Assembly (NCBI GenBank): GCA_951406725.2
Contig: OX597815.1
Coordinates: forward strand, 63,550,001-63,614,000
Length of the DNA stretch: 64,000 nt
Origin: Octopus vulgaris
Taxonomy: Eukaryota
Direction: 5' to 3'
Shown piece by piece: positions 11,469 through 25,453 of the stretch. Each line of letters starts with the position of its first letter. The first letter of the stretch is position 1. The translations under genes were made by a program, and so were the position numbers. The notes beneath the pieces were generated by a model. It did no database searches, had not been told where the DNA came from, and was given only the letters and a program-made list of their open reading frames with translations.

Positions 11469-12221
11469 GGCGGTAGAGGTGGTCGATATGATGATGGCCT
11501 GCTCCGGTTTTGGTGTTTGGTGGTGGTGGTAGTGGTGACTGTAGTAGTGGTAAATGAATGCCGTGATGGCAGCGGTGGTGTGACTGTTGGTATTAGTGGT
11601 GACGGCGGCAGTCGTGGTTCTGGTTATAGTTGTCTTGATGTCTGCAGTCTGCCGTGGTGATAGCAGTGTTGATAGTGGTGCTAGTTGGGTGGTGTTGGTG
11701 CTGGTGTTGGCGTTCGTGGTGGTGATAACTCTAACGGTAGCGGCAGCGGCAGTGGCAGTTATAGATCTTGTAATGATTGTTTTCATGGCTGCGATGGTGG
11801 TGGCGGATGTGGTGATGGTTGGGGTGGCGGTGGTGGTGGTGGTGGTTCTAGTTGTTGACGATTGCGGTGGCAGTGGTGTCGGTGGCGGCTGTGTCGGCGG
11901 TGTCGGCAGTGGCGGTGGGCTGATGTCGATGGGGTCTGTGATGGCGGTGGCAGCGTCGGCAGCGGCGTCTGTGGCGGTGATGGTGGTGATGTTGGGTGCG
12001 GGTAATGTTAAACTAAGACAATTGATCGTGCACCAATAAATCGATATTGCGATGTTAAGATAACACGGCTTTCTGCACGCTTCTCTGAACTGCCTATTGT
12101 TGTTGTTGTAGTTGTTGTTGTTGGTGTTGTTGTTTTTGCTGTTGTTTTTGCCGTTGTTGTTTTTGCTGTTGTTTTTGCTGTTGCAGTTGTTGTTGTTGCC
12201 GTTATTGTTGTTGCTGTTGTG

Positions 12222-12263
<42 letters not shown>

Positions 12264-12385
12264 ATCGTTATTATTATTATCATCGTTATTGTTGTTGTTG
12301 TTGCTACTGCTGCTGCTGCTGTTGTTGTTGCTGTTATGATTGTGATGATGCGGGTGTTGTTGTTGTTGGTGGTGGTGGTGTAGCA
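11400..12385. repeat. Compound/degenerate (GTA)(GGT)(GTT)(ATT) trinucleotide region
   Basis: Simple repeats; the poly-V/T/S ORFs are artefacts. Confidence 0.9.
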
Positions 12386-12859
12386 GATGGTACGTTCGTT
12401 CCTAGACGTAGCATTTTGGGTTGTTTTTTCTCCCCACCCAACAGAGTTTTTTTTTTTTGTTATCTTTGTACACAAAAACACAATGGACAATAAATTCTAT
12501 CGAATTTTCCAAGAAATGCTGATTGTTTTATTTATTTATTTAGTCCGGGGAAGTGCAGTAGTGTCCGAAGTATTGGCGGCTCCTCCCAGACTGGTTGAGG
12601 TCGATGCGGTTGATCTTTAAGCTTGAGTTTCTGTTAATCGATATCTGTAGGCATATATACATATATGAGTGTGTGTGCGTGCGTGCGTGCCTGCCTGCCT
12701 GCCTGCGTGTATGTGTGTATGTGTGTGTGTGTGTTTAACATACATACATACATGCATTCACACACACACACATATATACACACGCACACACGTTTATACA
12801 TTTTTCTCTCTTGTGCTTGATACTCTATGTCATTTTGTCATGCTGTCCTGGTGATTATA

Positions 12860-13260
12860 CCAAAGTTGTAGAATATTTGAGTATAAAGCAAGCGCACAAA
12901 ATGAGGGCAAAGTGGTTTCTCATATTCCTTGGTGGATGGCATACCTCAGTCTCTTCCAGTATTGTTCCTCTCCGTATCATTTTCCAAGAAGCACCTCTTC
13001 TAACAGGTGTATTTTCGCGGTGTATTACAGATATATCAGGCAACGGTTCTGAGCTCCTGAGATGAAGTTGTATTATAAATATTGGATGGGAGTTGTCTGG
13101 GAGATAAATAGGTTTTTAAAATATCACATCTTCATACAATAACTATGCGGTTTCAAATTCCATAGAAAATTTAAATTAATTTATTGCTGTTGTTTCTCAT
13201 TTAATTTTCGTGACTTAAAATATTCATTTGTAGTCCTCTAGCAGTGCCTGTAACAACACC
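12860..13260 (-). pseudogene. Decayed Helitron Rep-helicase fragment
   Basis: Frameshifted minus-strand translation ...LLYEDV...TTSSQELRTV.YICNT...C.KRCFLENDTE..LEETEVCHPPRNMRNHFALIL resembles the Helitron motif TSFEDLRTV...AC..RGLLEDD.EW...LEEA...P..LR.LFA.IL. Confidence 0.55.
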
Positions 13261-13624
13261 GGGAAGCAATTACCGTATTTGTCGGTCTACAACACGCACT
13301 CTCGCACATAACGCACTCCTATCATACAAGTGTATAATAATTTTAAAAAATCATACACTTATTGAAAAATATTTTTAAAGTGATATTGTAGGTGAAAATG
13401 CTTGAGTTGAAGACAAAAAATATGACAATATGCACGCTAACGACCTATTTGATGTAGACGCCTCACCACTTTCTCACTTGTACACAATGGAGTAAATCAC
13501 TCTGGACATAGCTTCTTGAATTAAAGACGGTGATAACATCGGTCAATGGACAGACAACCACATAGTCTCGTTTCACCGCATGAACATAGTCGTCACACAG
13601 AATTTTCAACGAAACACTCATAAT

Positions 13625-13978
13625 CCTTTCTAATAATGGCACAAGGCCTGCAGTTTGGGGTGAGGTGTGAGGTGTGGGCTGGTTGATTACATCAACCCCA
13701 GTACTTGACTTGTACTTAGTTTATCGACTCCGAAAGAGTGAAAGGCGAAGTCGACCTTCGCGTAATTTGAATTCTGAACGTAAAAACGAACGAAATATTG
13801 CTAAGCATTTTGTTTGGCGTGATAACGATTCAGTCAGCTCCCTATCTTAAAAAAAATAATAATGGTTTCAAATTTTGCTACAAGGGTAGCAATTTCGGGG
13901 GTGGGTACTTATTCTATCGACCCCAAGAGGATGAAAGACCCCGGCGGAATTTGAACTCAGAACGTAAAGACAGATGAA
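13625..13978 (-). mobile_element. Two adjacent SINE family C copies
   Basis: About 13625-13848 and 13863-13978; cggaatttgaactcagaacgtaaagac and related motifs. Confidence 0.75.
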
Positions 13979-15519
13979 AACAGGATTATAAGAGCTATAC
14001 TGTATCCAAACTACATGCAAACATACCGTTAAAAATCCTTTAAAATATCACAAATATCAAGGTTCACAAAGTCAGAGTATCGATCTGTCATAGGGACGAA
14101 ACAAAATATTATCGAACTCTCAACCCCAAGAGTAAATTTTCTTTCCAGGTTCTCAAAAAACCCAGTCCTCGACAAGTAGTAATAAAACAGAGTCTGAAAC
14201 AAAGACTTCACATGTTACTAAAGAAAAAAGTAAAACAAAAAGAACGTTGTAGTTTGCTTGAAGCACTGTAGTACAGAAGGAGAAAATGAAGGAAAGGAGA
14301 AATAAAGAATGCTTCTAACAATGCGTAAGTTTTATAAGAACCCTTTATATTTCGGGCGCAAAGGCCTATCTTCAGAAGAAAGCAGTTCAAGAAATGAGTA
14401 TTTACATCAATTTTGTTATTCTATTTTAAACTGCTCGGCGTTTGGATTAGCAACAGCAGCAACTCTCCAACTGTTGGTCGAGGTCGTTGTGATGTGTTTT
14501 CACGCAGGAGTAGGGGCAGTGGAAGATGGTGTTGGTGGCATATGTTACGATGTTGATTGTAGTCGCCGTGAGGTATTCATAAAAATGACCAACGCAAGAT
14601 TTAAAAGGATCACGATGTTCATTTGGAAAACAAGGACTATAGTTCCCTACAAGGAATGGCCGAAGAATGAAACTATTTGAGTTGAAATATTTCTTACAAG
14701 AGGTAGAAGTGTATTAATAAAGAAAGGACATGAAGTAGCAGAAAGACGAGTCTTTTGAAGAGAAACGTTAAGAGGAGGAGGAACTAAATATGGAAATTTC
14801 GTAGAACGACTATAGAAATATTTCTAGAATAGAGAAGTCGTCTTCCACAGATGAGAGAGGAGTTCAAGTTGGGCTGCAAAAACTAATATCGATAATGTTA
14901 CAAAGTCACTTTTGAATGCAATAAAGGAGTTAAAGAACACCAGAAAGGGCGCCAAACCAGCTATGACAAGTTCTGATCCATTATAAAGATCAAGTGTGAT
15001 CGACATTTAACTACTAAGACGGTGTTTCTAAACATTCTAGTCTACGTATAAGAAGTAGCAATCACACTCCAAACTCTAACTTCACAGAAAATGCATGATT
15101 TCTTCCTCTAACCGGTATATTTCTTTGACAACGGACTCTGGTCCTCTGGTTTTGCGATATAACTAACTACACTGAACCTTCACCCGAACCCAATTGATTC
15201 ATCGATCTATCCTCCTTTTTTCTTCCTCATCGCCTTCTTTTATTGTTTCTATTCTCTTTTACTCAACAGAACCTCCACCAGAACACTAACTTGAGTTCTA
15301 TTTCACAACATAACAGCAAACCCACTCGGCCATTGTTGTGCCACTATCAGTCTACACAATCGTCAACCCTAACCATTTACACAGCATCTCTATACGAATT
15401 CATAAACACATTTTACCTTTTTTCCCCATATCTATTGAAGATCACCACAAACCAAAGAAGGAAAAACCGTGCAGTGGTTTTAATTGTATACTTAACCAGA
15501 TATATAAATAAATAAATAA

Positions 15520-15569
<50 letters not shown>

Positions 15570-16055
15570 ATATATATATATATATATATAGCATATAACT
15601 GCACATGTTATTACGTGTGTGTATGTGTGAATGTGTGTGCGCGTCGGTGTTTGTTCCGTTAACTATATAAACTCGCACCATGGTTTCGTTGAGTTTTGCA
15701 ATCTTTAGTGAATGTGAATTTGAATATATACGCGTATGTATGTATGTATGTATGTATGTATGTATGTATGTATGTATGTATGTATGTATGTTTGCAAGTA
15801 AATTTATAATGAAGCGTAAGAATAAAGATAAATAATGACAGATAAAATGAAAGAATGAATAAATGGATAAAAAAATAAAATTTAAAAATGAAGGAGTGTA
15901 GAAATAAAAGAAGGAAGGAATACGGAAAAGAAGGAATGAAATAGGAAAAATTTTTGAAGCGAAACTTCGAAATATTTTTTTTTCGTCCTCGCTTCTCGAG
16001 TTTTTAATTTATAATTTTTTCCACGTTCGCTCAACGAAGGATGGACGTGACGTGT

Positions 16056-16134
<79 letters not shown>

Positions 16135-16189
16135 TGTGTGATTTATGTTTGTATTTGCTTTTTACATCGTTTAATAACTGTTCTCGTAA

Positions 16190-16328
16190 GGTGGCGGTTC
16201 GCGGAAAGGCTCCGACGGAATACATACTGGACTTGAAAATAAGTGCTGTAGTCGAGTGGTTCAACTAAACCTGTCAAGGTGGTGCTCCAGTATGACCGCA
16301 GTCCAGTTATTGAAACAAGTGTAAAAGA
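16190..16328 (+). mobile_element. SINE family B 3' module
   Basis: aaggtggtgctccagtatgaccgcagtc...tgaaacaagt. Confidence 0.6.
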
Positions 16329-16361
16329 TGCAAGATATGTGTATGTGTGTTTGCGTGTATG

Positions 16362-16403
<42 letters not shown>

Positions 16404-16457
16404 TACATACATACACGTATACATATGCTAAGACGTGGTCCGGATACATGGATAAAC

Positions 16458-16528
<71 letters not shown>

Positions 16529-17216
16529 GGGAGAGAGAGAGAGAGGTGGAGAAAGAAAGTAAAGGCGATAGATAATAGAGAAGAGAGAACAGGGGAAGAA
16601 GACGGAAACGAGGACAGATAGCGAAGGAAAGGGAGAGAGAGTTGTCACACTAACAAAGTTAGAGAGAGGAGAGAAAGAGAAAAACAGAGTGAAAAAGGGA
16701 ATGTGTAAGACAATGCAAGAGAGAGAGAGAGAGAGAGAGATAAAGAGGAGAGTAAATAAGATCTTGTACACGTGCGTGTGAGAGAGACAGAGAGAAATGG
16801 AGAGGAAGGAAGAGAATGATGGGGGGTAGATGTTTTGAAGACAGACACGTAATAGTAATCGATTAAACGGAGGGTGGTGGATAGTGTGTATGCATGTGTA
16901 TGAATATGTTTATGCATATATATATATATATATATATATGCGTACATGGTGTGTGAGTACGTACGTGCGTATTGTGAAATTTGTAATATTGCTCAATATG
17001 TGTATTTGAAAGTATAATAATGTATGTATATATATATATATATATATATATACGTGCATATGTACACAGACGCCAATATGTGTATGTATGTGTGTTGTGC
17101 TGTGATGATAGTGTATATGTGTAATTGTGTATGTATATGTACCGAGATGGTGAAAGCAGTATATGTGATGAGACCAACAGCTGTGCCTATGTGTGCGTGT
17201 GTATATATATGTATGT

Positions 17217-17255
<39 letters not shown>

Positions 17256-19423
17256 CATATACATATATATACGTATATATGTGTATATATAAGTATGTAT
17301 GTGTATATATATATGTGTGTATATGTATGTGTGTATATTTATGTGTATATATATATATGTGTGTGTGTGTGTGTACGTGTATATATGTGTCTGTGTGAGA
17401 GAGAGAAATAGTTTACTGTATATGTATGTATGCATGTATGTGCTTAAAGTGTGATAATACTCTCTTTTCATATGAGTAACAATCTATATTCATGTATATG
17501 TGTGTATGTATGTATGTGTATGAATCAACACATACATACATACATACATAAATACGTACGTACGTACGTACATACATACATACGTAGTACATACTTATAC
17601 ACTCACAGAAACGTTTGCGAATGTACGTACGAGGTGTTACTGTGAATTGTGTACCTGTATGTGTATTTAAATGTGTGTGTGTGTGTGACAGAGAGGGAGA
17701 AAGAAAGAGAGAGAGAGAGCGTGGTGGTGCTCTCTTTAACACTGTGTGAATATGTGTATTTATTTATGTGTGTATCTGCAAGAACCGCTGGTCTTATCTA
17801 TAGTATGTATATTGTGTATATATGTATGTGTGCATGTATGTGCATGATTGTGTTACATACGTAGAAAGACTAATGATAAAACATGTGATGTGACTGTGTG
17901 TTTGTGTATATGTGTGTCTATGTATGTAATTTATATGTATAAGAGTGTGTGCGAGTAGCTCTGTAATGTGTGTGTGTATAGTGTATGAGACACGAAGAAG
18001 TAGACGGAGTGAATGACTGTGTGTAAATGTTCGTGTATGTTCCTGTATGTGAGATTGTGTATGTGTAAATGTATGTCTCTATATATGTATGTATGTACGT
18101 ATGTATGCAATAAATGTGGGATGACGGCAGTGGCGTCGTCGGCGGGAATCGACGATGGTGGTGGGAGGTAGAAAGACGAGAAAGGTTGCGGGAGAAAGAA
18201 GGATGAGGGAAGAGAAGGGAGGCGAAAAAAGGAGAATGAGAGAGGGAGAGAGGGAGGGAGGGGAGCGAGAAGGATGTATTGAGGGGAATGTGTGGGGTTG
18301 CATAGGAGTGGGTAAATGAGGGGCGCGAATGAATATGTGTGTGTGTGTGTGAATGTATGTATCTCTGTATTTGTTTCTATCTGTACGTGTATGTCTGTAT
18401 TTATAGCATGTATGTGAGTGAATGTGTGTGGTTTTATACACACATATATATATATTTGTATGTGTTTTTATCGGTGTGTGTTTATATGTCTCAGTGTGTG
18501 TGTCTTTATATGTTCCAATGTGTGTGTATATGCGTATGTATGTGTATGTCTCTAGGGTTGGCAGAGGGGAGGAGCAGGAAGAGGAGAAGAGTTAAGAGGT
18601 GAGAGGCGATAAACTGTCTCCTTTCCAGCTTATGTGGCTGACACGTTTCTGTTGCTGCTGCTGACATCTAGCGATGGTGATGGTGGTAGCGGTAATGGTT
18701 GTGACGTGATGGTGGTGATGGTGGTGATTGTGGCACAGTGCCGTGGTGGTGGTGGCGGCGGCGGTGAGAGTGTAAAAGGTGTCAGCGGTTATGAGTGTGG
18801 TAAAGGTGGTGTCGCGGTTGGTGGTGGTGCTGGCTGCAGGCTAAAGGTGACAGCAATGTATGGTGGTGGAGGTGGTAATGGTAGTGGTGCTGGTGGCGGC
18901 AGTGGCGGCGTTGGTGGTGGTGATGACGGTGATGACGAGGTTAAAGGTGACAGTTGTGCTGGTGGGAATGGTGACGGAGATGTTAGGGGGAGCGGGGCAA
19001 AGGTGACAGTAAAATGTGTATGTATGTGTGTGTGTGTAATGTGTGTCTAGTTAAGGTGTCGCTTGATGGATACCTCTGTACGTGCGTGTGTATATAAATA
19101 TGTGTATATATGTATACTCTGCATTGATACATATATGTGTGTGTATACGTACACAAATATACATTCTCGATAGGAAATACGTATACACACACAATATATG
19201 TGTATGTGTGTGTATATATATATATACATCCACGAGAGGAAATACATACATATATACACAGATGTGTATATATATATCCTTACATATTAAATGCAATTCA
19301 CACACACACACACACTCACACACACACACACATATATATATACGTATTAAATGTTAAATTTGATATATGTACACATATGTGTCTGTACATGTGTATGTAT
19401 GCGTGTATATAGACATGTATGTA

Positions 19424-19465
<42 letters not shown>

Positions 19466-19661
19466 TGTATGTATGCGAGTATGTATTTATGCACCTCTGT
19501 ATGTATGTGGGTGTGGGTGTATATATCGGTCGTGTCACACGATGATGGCGTGTTGCAAACGGTGACGATGACTGGTAACGGCGGTGTCGCATCGATCATG
19601 CACGGACAGTTAACGCCACTACCACCGCTTCCACCACCACCACCACCACCACCACCACCAT

Positions 19662-19698
<37 letters not shown>

Positions 19699-19754
19699 GT
19701 GACACTAATAGTACCAAACCACCACAACCCGCGACACTAAAGGCAGCCTCTACT

Positions 19755-20065
19755 TAGTCGATCAGGTTGTTAGAAATAGCAACCAAATCTCCCTCAAATC
19801 ACGTCCTACGCTTTGAAAACTACACTTGGTAATATGGCAACATTTTCTAGTGATAATATAGGGATAAGATGTACTGGCCACGGCTGGTAATGCCATTGAT
19901 CATAGGTCAATCAGTTCCTAGAAATAAGAGCCAAATCTCTCTCAAATCACGCCCGACCTTGGGCAGGACACATTAGATATGACTTGGATTGATTAACGCT
20001 CTAATCAGGGGATAAGACAGGATGAGATAAGGATGAGATGGGGCTAAGCAACAATAACAACTACA
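19755..20065 (+). repeat. Dispersed repeat family G (two decayed copies; others near 21935-22230, 28565-28700, 34085-34225, 42500-42575)
   Basis: Shared tagaaatagcaaccaaatctccctcaaatcac ... catggctgga ... ggggctaaacaacaac. Confidence 0.55.
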
Positions 20066-20129
20066 ACACAATCTACAACTGTAAGACTGGCGTGTCACCA
20101 GAGAACGTCGCCCATACCAATATTAAAAC

Positions 20130-21103
20130 TATCCACCACCACGAGCACCATCGCCAGTACCAATGGTACAACTACTAACCACCATTGCCCATACCATCGG
20201 TACCATCAATACCATCGCAGATATCAGTAGTATCCCCACCATAAGTAATACCACTGTAGCGCCACAATGGTCATACCATTGTCAACGCGACCATCGCCAT
20301 TTCTGTAATGATCACCACCACCAGTAATACCATTTACCACGCAAGTACCACCACCACTAGCGCAGTCACCATCATTGCAATGATCACCACCGTCGGCTTC
20401 AGTAAACCACTGCCGCCTCTTCGCCATCGTACTCCCACCCACCCTGTTAACTCTCCTCTCCCTTCCCCCCATCGTTGCCTTCACCTCCGCCACTGCTTTC
20501 ATTACCAACAGCGTCACCGTTGCTGCCGGTGCCACCGTTGCTGCCGTCGCTGCCGCCGTTGCCGTCGCCACCGTCACAACAAAGCTTGCATCACTGCCAT
20601 CTGCCTTTTACCACAAAAGCGGTCGAAACCATCACGGAAGCCTCACCCCACCACACGTCCCTATACCACCCAACCAACCAACCAACACGCCACCGTCACG
20701 CCAAAACCACCAGTACCACCACCATCACTACCACCACATTCACCGCCACCATCCATCCGTTACTGCCAATAACAACAACAACAAGCGACCAGCATCCGCC
20801 ATGTTCCAGCCGCCGCCACTCACCAGCCAGCCGACACACCAGCCAGTCACATTCAGCACGTCAAATCCACCCACCACCGCTGCCACCTCCACCGTTCTAC
20901 ACACCATATCTGGCTTCCTCTCGTAGCAAGCAGCAGCAGCAGCAGTGAAGCGGCCGACATAAACGCCGTCGCCGTCGCCGTTGCCTCCACCGTCATCATC
21001 TTCCAGCTTCATCGCAATTCCCCGCAACTACCTCTATCACTATCACCATCACCATCACTACCACCACCACCACCACCACCACCACCACCATCACCTCCAT
21101 CGT

Positions 21104-21163
<60 letters not shown>

Positions 21164-21215
21164 AAATTTTACCACGGTCTGTCGGCTTTACCTACAAACA
21201 CCACCACCACCACAG

Positions 21216-21270
<55 letters not shown>

Positions 21271-21271
21271 C

Positions 21272-21336
<65 letters not shown>

Positions 21337-21340
21337 CACC

Positions 21341-21380
<40 letters not shown>

Positions 21381-21650
21381 AAATCACTACTATAACATGG
21401 ACTGACAACACACCACATCTACATGTACTACGATCCGTACCATACCACTTACAACTCGACCGATACCACATCAACCCTCTACTACTACTACTGCTAATGA
21501 TAAATACTGCAGCCAACACAACTTTTATAACTATTATAACTTATACCACAACACTTCTGCTACCACCTTAACTTACATCCGGCTCTCCAATACCACAACT
21601 AACGCTACTACTACTACTACTACTACTACTACCACTACTACTGCTGCATA
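20130..21650. repeat. Degenerate and pure (CAC)/(TAC) trinucleotide region
   Basis: Simple-repeat composition. Confidence 0.85.
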
Positions 21651-22789
21651 AACTTTGGTACAGACCCTCATACTGCGTCAGAGAATACCACATCAGCTAT
21701 GACCACAACTGTAACTTCCACCTTTTCGCTTGTGGTACCACAACCATTTATACTAACGTCTGTACTGTTGTAATGGATTTCCTTAGCAGAACACTAATAC
21801 CACAACCCATACAACCAATACAACCCACCTATTTGTACAACTTCTACCACAACTCAAATTACTTAGGTAATATCAATGCTACCATTCTGCTGGCGCCTAT
21901 ACAGTCTCGAACGGAGCCTCAAATGTGCTCTTTCGACCGAACCTGCTAGAAATACTAGTCAAATCACTCCTACATACTTAGAAAAAAAGGGGCTCGCGTC
22001 GGTTAACGTGGGATAGGGCTCGTTGAACGTAGGAATAAGATGAGATTGTCATGGCTGGATTGTCGTTGATCGAAAGTGTGCTGGCTTCGTGTTGACCTGG
22101 GGTTAGATGCAAATGATTTTTAAACCGCAGCCCACTGCATCGAATAGAGATAAAGGTGGGATAGTCACGGCTGAAACGCCTTTGATTGTACATCGGTTCG
22201 TTTACGACCGACCAGGGGCTAAACAACAACGCTACCACAAGTTATCTTATGCGCTATCACCACCACCACCACGACTACAGCACGTTCCTCACCTCCAATA
22301 CCTTCGCCACAGCGACCGCCGCTATCGCCATCAACAACCTTTCCACCATCACCACCATCACCAACACTACTACGACGTCCATCACCATTTCTACCACCAC
22401 TACAACTACACCCCCTCCTCCAATACTCCGACATCCACCACCACGACCACTACTACGACTACGGTCATTACCGCCCCCACTCTCACTCCCACCACCATTA
22501 CAGCATCACCTCCACACCCCTACTATCGCACCAGCACCACCACCATCGCCGCCGCCTCCACGACTACAGTCAGCCTCCTCCCTCCGCCACCACCTAACCA
22601 CTGCTGGTACAACAAGCCGCCGGAACTATCGATCGAACCTTGTAAAAATATAACAAAAACAAAAACTAAAAACACCAAGCTCCAGCAATATCGTTAGTTT
22701 TAGTCTGTGTTGCTTTTATAGACATAGAACCTCTTTAAGAGACGTTCATTCAAGGCAAATTTTTCTATTTGCTTGTAGTCGCCATCATC

Positions 22790-25265
22790 TTCAACGTGTT
22801 TTCCATCCAAATTTCTTCTCTATTTTTCGCCACATGTTGTTTTCCTTCGTGTTTTTTCCTTCGTTCTTTCTTTCATTTATATCTTCATTCATTCATTTAC
22901 ATTTTCTTTCATTTTTCTTTTCATTCTGTTTCTTAAATTTATGAAATAAAATTCATTTATTCCTCCTATATATTTGGAATTTTATCTTCCTAAGCTGTCG
23001 TTTTATTCTCTTATTATTTCCATATTTCTTTCACTCGTTCCTTAATTCGTTCATTCATTCGTTCCTTCTTTCCTTCATTCATTCCTTCAGTCTTTCGTTC
23101 ATTTTTCATTTAATAATTCATGTATATGTTGTTTTTAACAATACTTATATCTATACCTCTATATGTCTATCAGTTGCTCTTCTCATAAATTCTTTCTTTT
23201 TAACTCTCTCATTTGTTCTTTTATAATTTCTTTCATTTATTTATTCATTCATATATACATTTTTGTTTTCATTCACTCATTCAATTCATTCTTACCCTCA
23301 TTCATGCTATGTTTTTCCTTCAATAATTAAATAATTCATTCTTATATACATCTCTATTTCAGTCATTAATATTCTCTTCCTTGATTCTTAAATTTATTCA
23401 GTGGTTCCTTCGCTTTTCATTCAATAATTCATTCATTAAAAAATTTTCTGTTTTTATTAATTCATACATTTAACTTTGTTTCAGTAATTCGTTCGGTTTT
23501 CATTCATCCGCTGAGAAATTTATTCATTCAGAAATTCTTTCATTTACTCATTCAGTTTTACACTTATATCCACTTTTTTCATTCTTGCTTCATTTGTTCA
23601 TTTATTCATTCTTTCATTTCTTCCATCGCCTATACAATAATTCATTCATTTATAAATTTTCTGTTTTCATTCAATCATACAGTCATTCATTCATTTGATT
23701 TTGTTTCTTTCATTCTTTAATAAATTCATTTTCATTCACTCATTCAATAATTCATTCCCACGTAGTCCCATTTTTCATTGACTAATTAAAATCATTCACT
23801 CACTTATATGTTTATTTCTTTTTTCATTCGCTCATTTGTACATTCATGCCTTTCTCCCTTTGCTAAATAGACGATTTATTCATTCTTAAATTTATCTTTT
23901 TCTTTACTTATTCAGATATTCGTTCATTCGTTGTTTCTTCCTCACTATCGAGATTTTTCCTGTCTTGTGTTTTTTTCTGCATATCTTCCGTCTTTCCTTC
24001 ATTTCTTCTCTCTCATTCAAGCATTGATTAACTGATTAATTCCTTCGTTTATATTTCTTCACTCATCTGGTTTCGTTCATTTCTTTCTCTCCTTCTTAAA
24101 TTCTGATCCGTTACTATACAGTAATACATTACTTCTCTATTTTTCTTTCATTCCATGTTCAGTTGCATTCTTTCATTTTATTTTATATTTCTTTCAATGA
24201 AGCATATTTCGTCGATTTCATTCATTCATTGTTTTCTTATTTATTCATTTGTTTATTTTGTCATTCCTTTTATTGATTCATTCTGCTCTTTCGTTCATTT
24301 GTTTACAATATTTCCATTCATTTATTAACTCATTCTTAAAGTTCCACTTCTGTTTTATTTACTAGCACTCTTTCTTTCATTCATTCGTTCATTTATTCAT
24401 TGTTTCATTTCATTCAATTTTCCTTCTCCACATTCTTTTCATTCAAATAGTTTTGAATGAAATTATTCATTTCTTCAGTTGAGTCATTCGTTATGCTTTT
24501 ATCACGTAATAGCCTTTAATTTATTTCTCTATCCTGTCATTTATTCATTCAGTTGATAAATTCATTCCTATCTCAATCCTCGGTACTCTCCTACCCTCAT
24601 TTTCTTTCAGTCTTTGTTTTAATCTATCTATGACGCTTACTCTCATTCATTCTTTCCTTCTTCGATAATTCCTTCTCTTATATATTCATTCATTCCTTCT
24701 GTATTTCATTCAAAATCTTTTCACTAATCCTCATCATTCAAATATTTTAAACTCTCCTGTTTTCGTTCGTTTTCTTTTCATTTATTCATTCACGTATTCA
24801 CTTGATTTATTCATTCACAATATCTATGTCGCATAATTCCTTTGTTTACCTATCTATCCTGTCATTCATTCTTTCATATAATCAATTTACTAACTTATTC
24901 TTGTTCCATTCCTCCGTTCTTTCCAGACTTCATTTTCCTTCTTTCCTTCAAACATACTCTCATTTATTCTTCCGTTTTATTTATTCAATAATTTCTTTTC
25001 TCACTCATTCATTCACCCTGTTTTGTTTTGGTTTCGTTTGGTTGTTTTTTGTATTGCATTTAACTCTTTATTGATATTTTTCTTTCATACATTGTTTTTC
25101 ATTCCTGTTCGTGTTCTTCTCATTACTTCTTTCACTCATTCAACTGATTCATTCATTCGTAATGGCATTGCCTGATAAAATCTTTTATGTTTATTTTTCT
25201 ATTCATTCATTCATTCATTCCCTTTCTTATTCCTCTACACTCTTCTGTTTTTATTTTCTCCTCAT

Positions 25266-25359
<94 letters not shown>

Positions 25360-25368
25360 ATATCTATA

Positions 25369-25416
<48 letters not shown>

Positions 25417-25417
25417 A

Positions 25418-25453
<36 letters not shown>

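Noticed and set aside
13272-13425. CCGTA-type MITE end; also hAT-like cagtgtttctcaac at 36832 and Tc1-like ends at 4911-5116
   Set aside because: Partner TIRs too degraded to call.
14341-14380. Minus-strand CUGAAGA...GAAA motif
   Set aside because: U/C mismatch closing helix II, 1-bp helix III and no repeat context; compatible with chance.
13990-14960. Possible very old LINE endonuclease relic (similar hint at 44400-44600)
   Set aside because: Only vague motif resemblance; cannot be supported without alignment.
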